Source of the DNA: Vulcanimicrobiota bacterium
GTDB lineage: Bacteria > Vulcanimicrobiota > Vulcanimicrobiia > Eremiobacterales > Eremiobacteraceae
Direction of reading: 5' to 3'
Assembly: GCA_963812135.1 (NCBI GenBank)
Contig: CAWETU010000001.1
Coordinates: 576,001-640,000 of the forward strand
Length of the DNA: 64,000 nucleotides
The notes beneath the pieces are model-generated. The model had not been told where the DNA came from, made no database searches, and saw only the letters and a list, made by a program, of their open reading frames with translations. Both the position numbers and the translations under genes were made by a program. This document shows positions 19,528 through 28,721 of the stretch, piece by piece (position 1 is the first letter of the stretch; each line of letters starts with the position of its first letter).

Positions 19528-20115
19528 TTAGTTGGCGTCGAGGCCCACGAGGCGGCGCCACAGTGTGATCACCTTATAGACGTAGTTCACCGTCTCGTCG
19601 TATGGCGGGATCCCGCCATATCGATCCACCGCGCCGGTGCCGGCGTTGTATGCGGCGATCGCCCGCTCGAAGCAATCTTGCGCATCGAGCGAAGAGTAGT
19701 GCTCGAGATTGCCTTTGAGCGTGAGCACGGTGCCGTGGATGTTCTGGTCGATATTCTCGACGTCGGTGACGTGGTCGATCGCGGCGGTGCCAGGCATGAG
19801 CTGACCGAGCCCCCGCGCGCCCGCGCTGCTGCGCGCCGTCGGGTCAAACGAGCTCTCGGTGGCGACGATCGCGACCACCAAGCGCGGATCGATCTTCTGA
19901 TCCCACGATTCGCGGATGATCGCGGCGACGATCTCCTCGGCTTCGGGTTCGTCGATGCCGGGATTGAAATAACGGATCGCTGCGACGTACGCGCGCATCG
20001 CTTCGGCGGCGGACATCTGGTGCAGCGGGTGAGTCGCCGCAGCAGCAGGCTGCCCCGAAAGGAGGACAGCTGCAAGGACGAGCGACGCAAACGAGGCGCC
20101 TAACAGGAGACGCAT
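19528..20115 (-). CDS. Lytic transglycosylase (SLT domain), secreted
   Basis: TESSFDP.A.S.AGA.GLGQLMP, AAYNAG, GGIPPY.ET.NYV. Confidence 0.93.
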   Translation of the reverse strand: MRLLLGASFASLVLAAVLLSGQPAAAATHPLHQMSAAEAMRAYVAAIRYFNPGIDEPEAEEIVAAIIRESWDQKIDPRLVVAIVATESSFDPTARSSAGARGLGQLMPGTAAIDHVTDVENIDQNIHGTVLTLKGNLEHYSSLDAQDCFERAIAAYNAGTGAVDRYGGIPPYDETVNYVYKVITLWRRLVGLDAN

Positions 20116-20145
20116 ATGAGAGGTATATCGGGCGCGCGGGGGTCG

Positions 20146-20176
20146 AAATGAAGACGCCGCCCATGCTGGGGCGGCG
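20146..20176 (-). terminator. Probable terminator after the rplU-prp operon
   Basis: CGCCGCCC/GGGCGGCG stem followed by TCTTCATTT on the minus strand. Confidence 0.45.
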
Positions 20177-20207
20177 CTCACGCGGTTGGTGGGCCGGCTT
20201 TCGGCGG

Positions 20208-20492
20208 TCAAAACTTGAGCTGTGACCTCACCTCGGCGACGCGCTCCTCGACGAATTTCGTCACGGACTTGCGCAGCGCGGCGCGATGCTCTTCCTCGAG
20301 CCGGTTGTAGATCACAAACCCAGCGGTCGCGACGACCGCGCCGATGAGCCCGGCCATGAGGGCGCCGCGCAGCTCGCCGGAGCCGTCGTCGGGTTGAATA
20401 TCTCGACCGGGATTTTGGCTGGCGCCGTTGGGCAGCGCGTCGCGATTGACAGGCGAGTCCATCGTCTTAGGCTCCTTTGCGGGGCCGGACAT
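20208..20492 (-). CDS. Small single-TM hypothetical protein
   Basis: One hydrophobic helix plus a charged helix. Confidence 0.6.
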   Translation of the reverse strand: MSGPAKEPKTMDSPVNRDALPNGASQNPGRDIQPDDGSGELRGALMAGLIGAVVATAGFVIYNRLEEEHRAALRKSVTKFVEERVAEVRSQLKF

Positions 20493-20859
20493 GTTCCGCG
20501 GGCCGCCGGCGGGCCCCTGTGGAGCGCACCGTCACGCGCAGATTCTGGGGATATTCGCGGGCGATCGCGCGCAGGCCGGAAAGCGTCGTCTCCAAGACCG
20601 CTTGCGCGGCCGCGTTGCGCGGGTCGAGCAGCTCGAGCACGTACGCGCCGTCAGGGTGATCGTGGACGTGGACGTGCGCCTTGCAGTGGCGGACGAGGCC
20701 GTGGGCGGCGGATTGGATCAGCGCGCTCACGCCGGCGCAGACGATATCTTCGCCTGGCTGCGCGAACCCCGCATGGCCTGTGACTTCGAAGCGGACGAGA
20801 TGGCCGCCGTGCCGCTGCGCGGCGACCGCGAGCGACGGTTTAGAGCGAGATCTTTTCAA
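20467..20859 (-). CDS. prp: Ribosomal-processing cysteine protease Prp
   Basis: GHA.....GEDIVCAGVSAL; directly downstream of rplU. Confidence 0.9.
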   Translation of the reverse strand: MKRSRSKPSLAVAAQRHGGHLVRFEVTGHAGFAQPGEDIVCAGVSALIQSAAHGLVRHCKAHVHVHDHPDGAYVLELLDPRNAAAQAVLETTLSGLRAIAREYPQNLRVTVRSTGARRRPAEHVRPRKGA

Positions 20860-21151
20860 TGCGCAGCTCGGTGATCGGCTGCCGGTGCCCGTGCCGCTTG
20901 CGGATGCGCTTCTTGGGCTTGTAGTGGAAGACCATGATCTTGCGGTCTTTGCCTTGGCGCAGCACGCGCGCGGTGACTCTTGCGCTTGAGATCAAAGGCG
21001 ATCCGATGCGCAGCTCGTTGCCGTCATGCGCCAAGATCACGCGCTCGAACACGATCTGCGAGTCGGGCGCGCCCGGCATGCTATCGACGCGGATGACGTC
21101 GCCTTCGCTGACCTTGAATTGGCGGCCGTTGGCTTCGATAACCGCGTACAT
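20840..21151 (-). CDS. rplU: 50S ribosomal protein L21
   Basis: MYAVIE..G.QFKV, GHRQP.TEL.I. Confidence 0.97.
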   Translation of the reverse strand: MYAVIEANGRQFKVSEGDVIRVDSMPGAPDSQIVFERVILAHDGNELRIGSPLISSARVTARVLRQGKDRKIMVFHYKPKKRIRKRHGHRQPITELRIEKISL

Positions 21152-21176
21152 TGACAAGTACCTTTCCGGGTAAGTA

Positions 21177-21202
21177 CGGTTCGGATAAATCCGACCGCTA
21201 CA
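21177..21202 (-). repeat. REP-like palindrome family A in the rplU leader
   Basis: TGTAG-CGGTCGGAT-TT-ATCCGAACCG. Confidence 0.8.
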
Positions 21203-21256
21203 TCTGACGTGGGGAGTTCGGCGGGAGCGATTTGATTCGCTGCGCGACAAGCGAGA

Positions 21257-21286
21257 ATGGTATCACAGAGCCTTTGATGTAGTCAA
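21257..21286 (-). promoter_or_regulatory. Sigma70-type promoter for rplU
   Basis: TTGACT-N18-TACCAT with TG extension. Confidence 0.6.
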
Positions 21287-21321
21287 ACCAACGTGTCCCG
21301 TATCACGGGGCCCAAAAACTA

Positions 21322-21350
21322 TTTACAAAGCATGTTAAATGGCCTAATAT
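21322..21350 (+). promoter_or_regulatory. Sigma70-type promoter for speD
   Basis: TTTACA-N17-TAATAT in an AT-rich patch. Confidence 0.6.
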
Positions 21351-21442
21351 TCGTATTTGGTACGTGGGACAACCCGCGTTTGTCAACCCAACCATTGGAG
21401 GTGGGATCTCCCTGCTCGTTTAGCCCTGTGGGGGGTCGTTTA

Positions 21443-21889
21443 TTGAAAGCACCCGGAGCGCTCGGAACGCATATCATCGTCGAACTGTCGGACTGTCACC
21501 CAAAGGTCCTCGCCGACGTCGACAGAGTCAGGAACATCCTTATCGCCGCGGCCAAAGAGGCCAACGCAGAAGTCCTGCAAACCGCTTTTCACCGCTTCGC
21601 GCCTCAAGGCGTCAGCGGTGTTGTCGTCATAGCCGAGTCACATCTGTCGATCCACACCTGGCCGGAGTACGGTTACGCCGCCATGGATATCTACACGTGC
21701 GGCGACAAGACCGACCCCTGGAAGGCCTGCCGCTACGCGGCCGCCGAGTTCCAGGCCAAACAGATGCTCACCACGGAAGTTCGGCGCGGGATGACCAACG
21801 AAGACGGCGTCTACAGCCACAGCGTCGGCCGTAAGACGTCGGGGGTCGATCTCGTTGCCAAAAACCGAAAACTTTCAGTGGTACGTTGA
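21443..21889 (+). CDS. speD: S-adenosylmethionine decarboxylase proenzyme
   Basis: HRFAPQGVSGVV.IAESHLSIHTWPE, DIYTCG. Confidence 0.95.
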   Translation: MKAPGALGTHIIVELSDCHPKVLADVDRVRNILIAAAKEANAEVLQTAFHRFAPQGVSGVVVIAESHLSIHTWPEYGYAAMDIYTCGDKTDPWKACRYAAAEFQAKQMLTTEVRRGMTNEDGVYSHSVGRKTSGVDLVAKNRKLSVVR

Positions 21890-22742
21890 GCAGGTCGCGC
21901 CCGGCGAGGCGCATGGCCACGCGATAACCGCAACCCTCGCGGCCGGCCAATCAGAATTCCAACGCTACGCGATCGTCGCAAGCCCGCTCTTCGGCAAGAT
22001 GCTGGTGCTTGACGGCGATACGCAAAGCGCGGCGCTCGACGAGTTCATCTACCACGAGGCTTTGGTCCATCCGGCGTGCGCCGCTGCCGGCGCGCCGCAG
22101 CGCGCGCTCATCCTGGGCGGTGGAGAAGGCGCCAGCCTGCGCGAGCTCCTGCGAATCCCCTCGATGCGCAAGGTCACCATGGTGGATATCGATGGGGTCG
22201 TCGTCGACATGTGCCGGCGCCATATGCCCGAATGGAGCGCCGGCGCGTTCGAGGATCCGAGAACCGAACTGATCATCGGCGATGCCAAGGCCTACGTCGA
22301 GAAATCGAACGAGGCGTTCGACGTCATCATCGGCGACCTGACGGAGCCGCTCGAAGACTCGCCGTCATACGGACTCCACACGCCCGCGATGTATCGCCAG
22401 ATCCGCGCGCGGCTTGCGCCTGGCGGCTGCTACGCGTTGCAGACCTCGATGTGTGGACCCCACAACTTCCATCTGCATGCGCGCATGATCGCCACGCTGC
22501 GCACCGCGTTCGATTCGGTCGCGCCGTATTCGGCATACGTACCCGCGTTCGACACCCAATGGGGCTTCGCGCTGTGCGGCGCGCCGCTCGACCCGCGCAG
22601 CGAAGGCGCTGCCGAGGCAGCTGCCGCGTACGCGAAGCGCTGCACCGGCCTGCGCTTTTACGACGCCGAGTCGCACCGCGGACTGTTCAATCTTCCGCGC
22701 TATCTGCGTGACGCATACGATGCAGCTGTTCCGCTCGGCTGA
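21855..22742 (+). CDS. speE: Spermidine synthase (polyamine aminopropyltransferase)
   Basis: LVLDG..QS...DEFIYHE.LVHP, ILGGGEG, VDID, DVIIGDLTEP. Confidence 0.93.
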   Translation: MPKTENFQWYVEQVAPGEAHGHAITATLAAGQSEFQRYAIVASPLFGKMLVLDGDTQSAALDEFIYHEALVHPACAAAGAPQRALILGGGEGASLRELLRIPSMRKVTMVDIDGVVVDMCRRHMPEWSAGAFEDPRTELIIGDAKAYVEKSNEAFDVIIGDLTEPLEDSPSYGLHTPAMYRQIRARLAPGGCYALQTSMCGPHNFHLHARMIATLRTAFDSVAPYSAYVPAFDTQWGFALCGAPLDPRSEGAAEAAAAYAKRCTGLRFYDAESHRGLFNLPRYLRDAYDAAVPLG

Positions 22743-22788
22743 GCGCGCGCTCCCAGGGCGCCTTCGGGCCTAAAGCGAAAAAAGCGCG

Positions 22789-23892
22789 GTGACGACGACT
22801 CAGGCCGCGGCGCGAACTCCGCTGTTCGCAGTCCACGAGCGGCTCGGCGCCAAGATGTCCCCCTTTGGGGGCTTTCTTATGCCGATCCAATACAGCGGCA
22901 TCATCCCCGAGCACCGAGCGGTCCGCACCGCTGCCGGCATGTTCGACCTTTCGCATATGGGCCAATTCGTCGCGACCGGCGACGGCGTCGCGCCCTGGCT
23001 CGACTCCTTGACCGTCAACAACGTCGAGACGATGAAGCCGAATCAGGCGCGCTACAACATCTTCACGAACGAGCAGGGCGGGGCGCACGATGACGCGATC
23101 ATCTATCGGCTGCCCGGCCGCTGGCTAATCGTGGTAAACGCAGGCAACAGCGAGAAGATGTGGCAGCTGCTCTCGGCCAGCGCGCCCAACGGCGTGAAGC
23201 TGGTCAACCGAACGCCTGAATCGGCGTTGATCGCCATCCAGGGGCCGCGCTCGCTCGAGTTGCTCCAGCCGCTCACGAAGACCGATCTGTCGGCCGTGAA
23301 ATACTATTATGCGACCGAAGGCGAGGTCGCGGGCGTGCCGGCGGAGATCGCACGCACCGGCTATACCGGCGAGGATGGCTTCGAGCTGTTCGTGCCGGCC
23401 GCGGCGGCGGAAGGGTTGTGGACCACGCTGACGCGCGAAGGCGCGCGCGTCGGATTGCTGCCCGCCGGCCTCGGCGCGCGCGACGTGCTGCGGCTCGAGG
23501 CGGGCATGCCGCTCTATGGTCACGAGTTAGAAGAAGACATCACGCCGCTGCAAGCGGGTCTCGATCCCTTCGTGAAGCTCGACAAGCCGGCGTTCGTCGG
23601 CAAGGATGCACTCGTGCGTCAACGCAGCGCCGGCGATTACGACCGGATCGCCGGATTGATCATGGAAGGGCGCGCGCCGGCTCGCGCCGGGTACGAAGTG
23701 TGGCGCGGCGATCAGCGGGTCGGCATCGTGCGCAGCGGCTCGCCTGCACCCGCGGTTGACGGGAAGAACATCGCGACCGCACTGGTGCGCTCGGACGCGA
23801 GCGCGGTCGGCACGCCGCTCGACGTCGAGATACGCGGTCAACGCCACCGAGCGACGGTCGTCCCGATGCCGTTTTACAAACGCCCGAGATAA
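22789..23892 (+). CDS. gcvT: Glycine cleavage system T protein
   Basis: FDLSHMG, RTGYTGEDGFE, GLGARDVLRLEAG. Confidence 0.97.
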   Translation: MTTTQAAARTPLFAVHERLGAKMSPFGGFLMPIQYSGIIPEHRAVRTAAGMFDLSHMGQFVATGDGVAPWLDSLTVNNVETMKPNQARYNIFTNEQGGAHDDAIIYRLPGRWLIVVNAGNSEKMWQLLSASAPNGVKLVNRTPESALIAIQGPRSLELLQPLTKTDLSAVKYYYATEGEVAGVPAEIARTGYTGEDGFELFVPAAAAEGLWTTLTREGARVGLLPAGLGARDVLRLEAGMPLYGHELEEDITPLQAGLDPFVKLDKPAFVGKDALVRQRSAGDYDRIAGLIMEGRAPARAGYEVWRGDQRVGIVRSGSPAPAVDGKNIATALVRSDASAVGTPLDVEIRGQRHRATVVPMPFYKRPR

Positions 23893-23915
23893 TTCTAAAG
23901 AGAAAGCACAAAAAC

Positions 23916-24305
23916 GTGGATCTACCTTCAGACCTCCTCTACACGAAAGAACATGAGTGGGTGAAGCTCGACGGCGCCACGGCGACCGTCGGCATCACCG
24001 ACTACGCGCAGTCGTCGCTCGGCGACATCGTTTACGTCGAGCTGCCCAAACCAGGCGCCAGCCTCGAGCAGTTCGCGCAGATGGGCGTCATCGAATCGGT
24101 CAAGGCGGTGTCGGACATTTACGCGCCAATGGGTGGAACGATCATTGAGATCAACGGCGACGCTGAAAACGATCCCGCGAAGGTCAACAGCGAGCCGTAC
24201 ACCGGGGGCTGGCTCGTCAAGATCAAGCTCGCCGACGCAGCGCAGACCAAGAACCTGCTCGATGCCGCCGGATACCAGAAGGTCGTCGACGCGGCGGCGA
24301 GTTGA
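23916..24305 (+). CDS. gcvH: Glycine cleavage system H protein
   Basis: EHEW, GITDYAQ..LGDIVYVELP, ESVKA. Confidence 0.97.
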   Translation: MDLPSDLLYTKEHEWVKLDGATATVGITDYAQSSLGDIVYVELPKPGASLEQFAQMGVIESVKAVSDIYAPMGGTIIEINGDAENDPAKVNSEPYTGGWLVKIKLADAAQTKNLLDAAGYQKVVDAAAS

Positions 24306-24307
24306 CG

Positions 24308-25658
24308 ATGTACACACCGCACACTCCGGAAGACATCCGCGCGATGCTCGACGTCATCGGCGCGCCGTCGCTCGAGTCATTGACCGACCCGCCGAGCGGC
24401 CTGAAGATCAAAGCGCAGCTCGACGTCGCGGCACCGCTGCCTGAATCCGATGCCTACGCGCGCATCCGCGCGATGGCCGACGAGAACGCGGCATCGCGCA
24501 TGGTGTCGTTTCTGGGTGCCGGCGCGTATCGCCACTATCAGCCGCCCGCCGTGCCGTACTTCGCGTTCCGCTCCGAGTTCCTGACGTCGTATACGCCGTA
24601 TCAGGCGGAAGCAAGTCAAGGCAGCCTGCAAGCGATCTTCGAGTGGCAGACCTACATCTGCTTGCTCACCGGCATGGACGTCAGCAACGCGTCGGTGTAC
24701 GATGGATCGACCGCGCTCGTCGAAGGCGTCATCATGGCGTCGCAAGCCACCGGACGCCGTCGCGTCGCGATCAGCGCCGCCGTCAACCCGCTGTATCGTC
24801 GGGTGCTCGCCACATACGCCGAAGGCATGGGCGTCGAGATAACCGAGCTGCCGGTCGACAGCGACGGCCGGACCAACAGTGCCGGCAAAGATCGATGCCG
24901 ACATCGCCGCGGTCATCGTGCAAAGCCCGAATTTCTTCGGCGTCATCGACGAGATGAAGACGGCGGCGGAGCGCGCACACGCGGCAGGCGCGCTCGCGAT
25001 CCACGTCACCGCCGAAGCCTTGTCGCTTGCCGTGCTCAAGGCACCGCGCGAGTTGGGCGCGGACATCGCCATCGGCGACGCGCAATCGTTCGGCCTGCCG
25101 ATCGGCTACGGCGGCCCGTACGTCGGCTTCGTCGCGACGACCAAGGAGCACGTGCGGCGTTTGCCTGGCCGGCTCGTCGGGCAGACGCACGATGTCGACG
25201 GGCGCCAAGCGTACGTCCTCACGCTCCAGGGGCGAGAGCAGCACATCCGGCGCGAACTTGCCAGCTCCAACATCTGCACCAATCAGGCGTTGTGCGCGCT
25301 CATCGCGACCATCTATCTCGCCACGGTCGGACGCAAAGGACTTACGGCGATCGCCTGCGCCAACATGGCGAACGCGCGCGCCCTAGCGGACGCGATCGCG
25401 ACGCTGCCCGGCTTTGGCGTCGCCAGTCACGCCAGTTTCTTCAACGAATTCGTCGTGCGAACGCCGGTGCACGCCAAAGAGCTCGCCGCGCGTCTCGAAA
25501 AGCGCGGGATGCTGGCGGGCTTACCGCTTGCGACCTTCTATCCCGACCGGGCGCACGAATTGCTCGTGTGCGCCACCGAATTGACCACGCCGAGCGAGAT
25601 CGCCGACTTCTCGCGGGCGCTGGCCGAGGAGTGCAAACATGCCGTCGCTGCTGTTTGA
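24308..25658 (+). CDS. gcvPA: Glycine dehydrogenase subunit 1; +1 frameshift near 24875
   Basis: FLGAGAY, YTPYQAE.SQG, NASVYDG in one frame; QSPNFFG, GGPYVG, SNICTNQ in the next frame. Confidence 0.92.
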
Positions 25659-27126
25659 GATCGGCGCGCCAGGGCGCGGCAGCGACTTCGTGCGTGAGTC
25701 CGGCCCGGCGACGCAATTCCTCGACAAGTCAGCGCTGCGCGCGGATCTGCCGCTGCCCGATCTGACGGAGCTTGACGTCGCGCGCCATTTCACCGAGCTG
25801 TCGCATCGCAATTTCTCGGTCGACACCAATTTTTATCCGCTCGGTTCGTGCACGATGAAGTACAATCCAAAGCTGAACGAAGCGGTCTCCGGCTTCACCG
25901 GCTTCACGGATCTGCATCCGTTCGCGCCCGACGCCGGCGCGCAAGGCGCCATCCGGCTGCTCTGGCACATGGAGCGCACGCTCGCGAGCCTGTTCGGCAT
26001 GGAAGCGTTCTCGTTGATGCCTGCCGCCGGCGCGCACGGCGAGATCACCGCCATGCTGATGGCGAAGAAATATTTCAAAGAGCGCGGCGAGCACGAACGG
26101 CTCACGTGTTTCGTGCCCGACACCGCACACGGCACGAATCCCGCCAGCGCAGCGATGGTCGGCTACAAGGTCATCTCGATCCCGTCGACTTCGCGCGGGC
26201 GCACCGATCTCGGCGCGCTCAAAGCAAAACTCGACGGCTCGGTCGCGGTCTGCATGATGACCAACCCCAATACGCTCGGCTTGTTCGAAGACGACATCGT
26301 CGAGATGACGCGCGCCGTCCACGACGCCGGCGGCCTCATGTATTACGACGGCGCAAACGCGAACGCGATCGTCGGCCTGACGCGCCCGGGCGACATGGGC
26401 TTCGACCTCATGCACCTCAATCTGCACAAGACGTTCTCGGTGCCGCATGGCGGTGGCGGCCCGGGCGCTGGTCCGGTGGGCGCAAGCACGCGCCTCGCGC
26501 CGTACTTGCCTTCACCGCTGGCGGCGCGCGACGAGTCAAGCGCGTATTTCTGGGATTACGAGCGGCCGAAGAGCATCGGCGCCGTGCGCGCATTCCCCGC
26601 GCATTTCCTCGCGATCGTGCGTGCGTACGCCTACATCATCGTCCATGGCGCCGAGGGGTTGCGCCGCAACAGCCAGCTTGCGGTCCTCAACGCCAATTAT
26701 CTGCGCGCGAAGATCAAAGATGTGCTGACGGTGCCCTATTCGGACTATTGCCGCCACGAGTTCGTGTGCTCGGCCGAAGAGCTCAAGAAAGAGACGGGTG
26801 TGCGCGCGCTCGATCTCGCCAAGGGCCTGCTCGATGCCGGCGTCCACGCGCCGACGATGTACTGGCCGCACGTCGTGCCCGAGTGCTTGATGATCGAGCC
26901 GACCGAGACGGAAAACCGCCACACGCTCGACGCGTTCGTCGCGACGCTGCGCGGGCTCGTCAAGCTCGCGCACGAAGACCCCGCGGCGGTCCAGCAAATG
27001 CCGCTGCACACGGCGGTGCGCCGCGTCGATGAAGCGCAGGTCGGCAGGCTCGCCAACAAGGGCATCGGATTGCGTTGGTCCCCGTCGGGATCAGGAGCAG
27101 AATCGGATGGCGCGGCCAAGATATGA
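25639..27126 (+). CDS. gcvPB: Glycine dehydrogenase subunit 2
   Basis: YPLGSCTMKYNP, AHGTNPASA, HLNLHKTF..PHGGGGPG. Confidence 0.97.
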   Translation: MPSLLFEIGAPGRGSDFVRESGPATQFLDKSALRADLPLPDLTELDVARHFTELSHRNFSVDTNFYPLGSCTMKYNPKLNEAVSGFTGFTDLHPFAPDAGAQGAIRLLWHMERTLASLFGMEAFSLMPAAGAHGEITAMLMAKKYFKERGEHERLTCFVPDTAHGTNPASAAMVGYKVISIPSTSRGRTDLGALKAKLDGSVAVCMMTNPNTLGLFEDDIVEMTRAVHDAGGLMYYDGANANAIVGLTRPGDMGFDLMHLNLHKTFSVPHGGGGPGAGPVGASTRLAPYLPSPLAARDESSAYFWDYERPKSIGAVRAFPAHFLAIVRAYAYIIVHGAEGLRRNSQLAVLNANYLRAKIKDVLTVPYSDYCRHEFVCSAEELKKETGVRALDLAKGLLDAGVHAPTMYWPHVVPECLMIEPTETENRHTLDAFVATLRGLVKLAHEDPAAVQQMPLHTAVRRVDEAQVGRLANKGIGLRWSPSGSGAESDGAAKI

Positions 27127-27587
27127 AAGCGCGCCGTCGCCCGACGAGAGTGAAACACGAACGCTCGGCGGGCGGCTTCGTGCTCAAACACACCAATGGC
27201 GGATACTCGGGCCTGGTCATCGGCCGCGCATCGCCGCGCATCTGGTCGCTGCCCAAAGGCCACGTCGAACCGGGTGAACAGGTCGAGGACACCGCGACAC
27301 GCGAGGTGCTCGAGGAGACCGGTGTCTCCGGCGCGATCATCGAGAAACTCGCCGACATCAAGTATTGGTTTTACAGCAGCCGGCTCAAGCACAGCAAGAT
27401 CGTGCACTTCTATCTCATGCGCTACCGAGATGGCTCGCCCGTGCCGCAGGTGGGCGAGGTCGACGAAGTGCTCTGGGTGCCGCTCGACGAAATGGCAAAA
27501 CGCATGACCCACTTGAACGAGCGGCGCCTCGTCGGCCTTGTGGAGAAGATCGTCGAAGAGAAATCCGCGTCAGACCTGGGCTTTTGA
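27123..27587 (+). CDS. NUDIX hydrolase
   Basis: LPKGHVEPGE....TATREVLEETG. Confidence 0.93.
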   Translation: MKARRRPTRVKHERSAGGFVLKHTNGGYSGLVIGRASPRIWSLPKGHVEPGEQVEDTATREVLEETGVSGAIIEKLADIKYWFYSSRLKHSKIVHFYLMRYRDGSPVPQVGEVDEVLWVPLDEMAKRMTHLNERRLVGLVEKIVEEKSASDLGF

Positions 27588-28669
27588 GTTCGCGTCGCCT
27601 CGCAGGGTTGTGCGTCGTCGTCGTCCTGCTGGCCGCGGGCTGCGCAAAGCCGCCGCCGCCTCCGGGACCCACTCCCTCGCCAACGCCCGCGCCAACACCC
27701 GTCGTGCCCAATCCGCTCAACGGCGTGCTCGCGCCCCCGCCGGACGTCGCGCATCGCGTCGCCGCGGTGATGATCGACAATTTTCCCGACGCGCGTCCGC
27801 AAAGCGGCTTGCGCGACGCCGACGTCGTGTATGAGGTCGAAGCCGAAGGCGGCATCACGCGTTATCTCGCGCTGTTCTTGCGCAACGCGACGGCGCAGAT
27901 CGGACCGGTCCGCAGCGCGCGCACGTATTTCGTCGATCTGGCACGCCCGTACGATCCGTTCTTCGCACACGCCGGCCAGAACGACGACGTGATCGAATTC
28001 TTGCAAGGATTGCGCGCTGCGGGTTTTGCGGACATGGATGAGATCCAGCACACGCCCGAGGCGTTTTGGCGCGACAACACGCGCGACATGCCCCACAATC
28101 TCTACACCAGCGTCGTGCGCATCCGCAAGGTCGGTCCCAGTTATGGCTTCGCGGATAAGAAGTACACCGGCAACCAATTCGATTTCGTCGATGTAGGACC
28201 CGAGCGAAGCTCGGGTGATTCCCCGAGCGATAGCTCGGGACCAATCCCCTCACCCTCGCCGGCACCGGCATGGCCGCCCGAAGCGGTCGCGTCGTTCTGG
28301 CTCGAATACGACGTGCATTTCGTCTGGGATGGAACGGCATACCAGCGCTTCATCGACGGTCAAGCCCAGCACGACCTGAACGACGATCGGCCGTACGAGG
28401 TCAGCGACATCATCGTCGTGTGGATCCGCGCGAACGTGCTCGACGCGATCGGCGATCTGAGCATGGATGTGTACGGCACGTATCCGGCAGTGCTCGTGCA
28501 CGCCGGCAAAGCGATCGCCGGCAAGTGGGTCGCAACCGGTCCTGCATCGCTGCCGCGACTCGAGGACAACGCCGGCGCGCCGTTGCCGTTGCGGCCCGGT
28601 CAGATCTATGTCGAGATCATGCCGCAGGGCAGCACGCTGAAAGTCGGGAAACAAACCTGGTCGCACTGA
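27584..28669 (+). CDS. DUF3048 (YerB-like) lipoprotein
   Basis: Lipobox LAAGC; VMIDN..DARPQSGL..ADVVYE..AEGGITR, GPVRSAR. Confidence 0.88.
   Translation: MSSRRLAGLCVVVVLLAAGCAKPPPPPGPTPSPTPAPTPVVPNPLNGVLAPPPDVAHRVAAVMIDNFPDARPQSGLRDADVVYEVEAEGGITRYLALFLRNATAQIGPVRSARTYFVDLARPYDPFFAHAGQNDDVIEFLQGLRAAGFADMDEIQHTPEAFWRDNTRDMPHNLYTSVVRIRKVGPSYGFADKKYTGNQFDFVDVGPERSSGDSPSDSSGPIPSPSPAPAWPPEAVASFWLEYDVHFVWDGTAYQRFIDGQAQHDLNDDRPYEVSDIIVVWIRANVLDAIGDLSMDVYGTYPAVLVHAGKAIAGKWVATGPASLPRLEDNAGAPLPLRPGQIYVEIMPQGSTLKVGKQTWSH
28192..28242 (+). repeat. Intragenic double palindrome (REP-like family B)
   Basis: TGTAG-G-ACCCGAGC-GAA-GCTCGGGT followed by CCCGAGC-GATA-GCTCGGG. Confidence 0.7.
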
Positions 28670-28721
28670 GCGACGACGTTTAAGCGAGGGGGCCACAGAC
28701 ATAACCGCAGGCGCCACGACC

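Noticed and set aside
22743..22788. Glycine riboswitch upstream of gcvT
   Set aside because: Only 46 nt of intergenic space and no aptamer motif.
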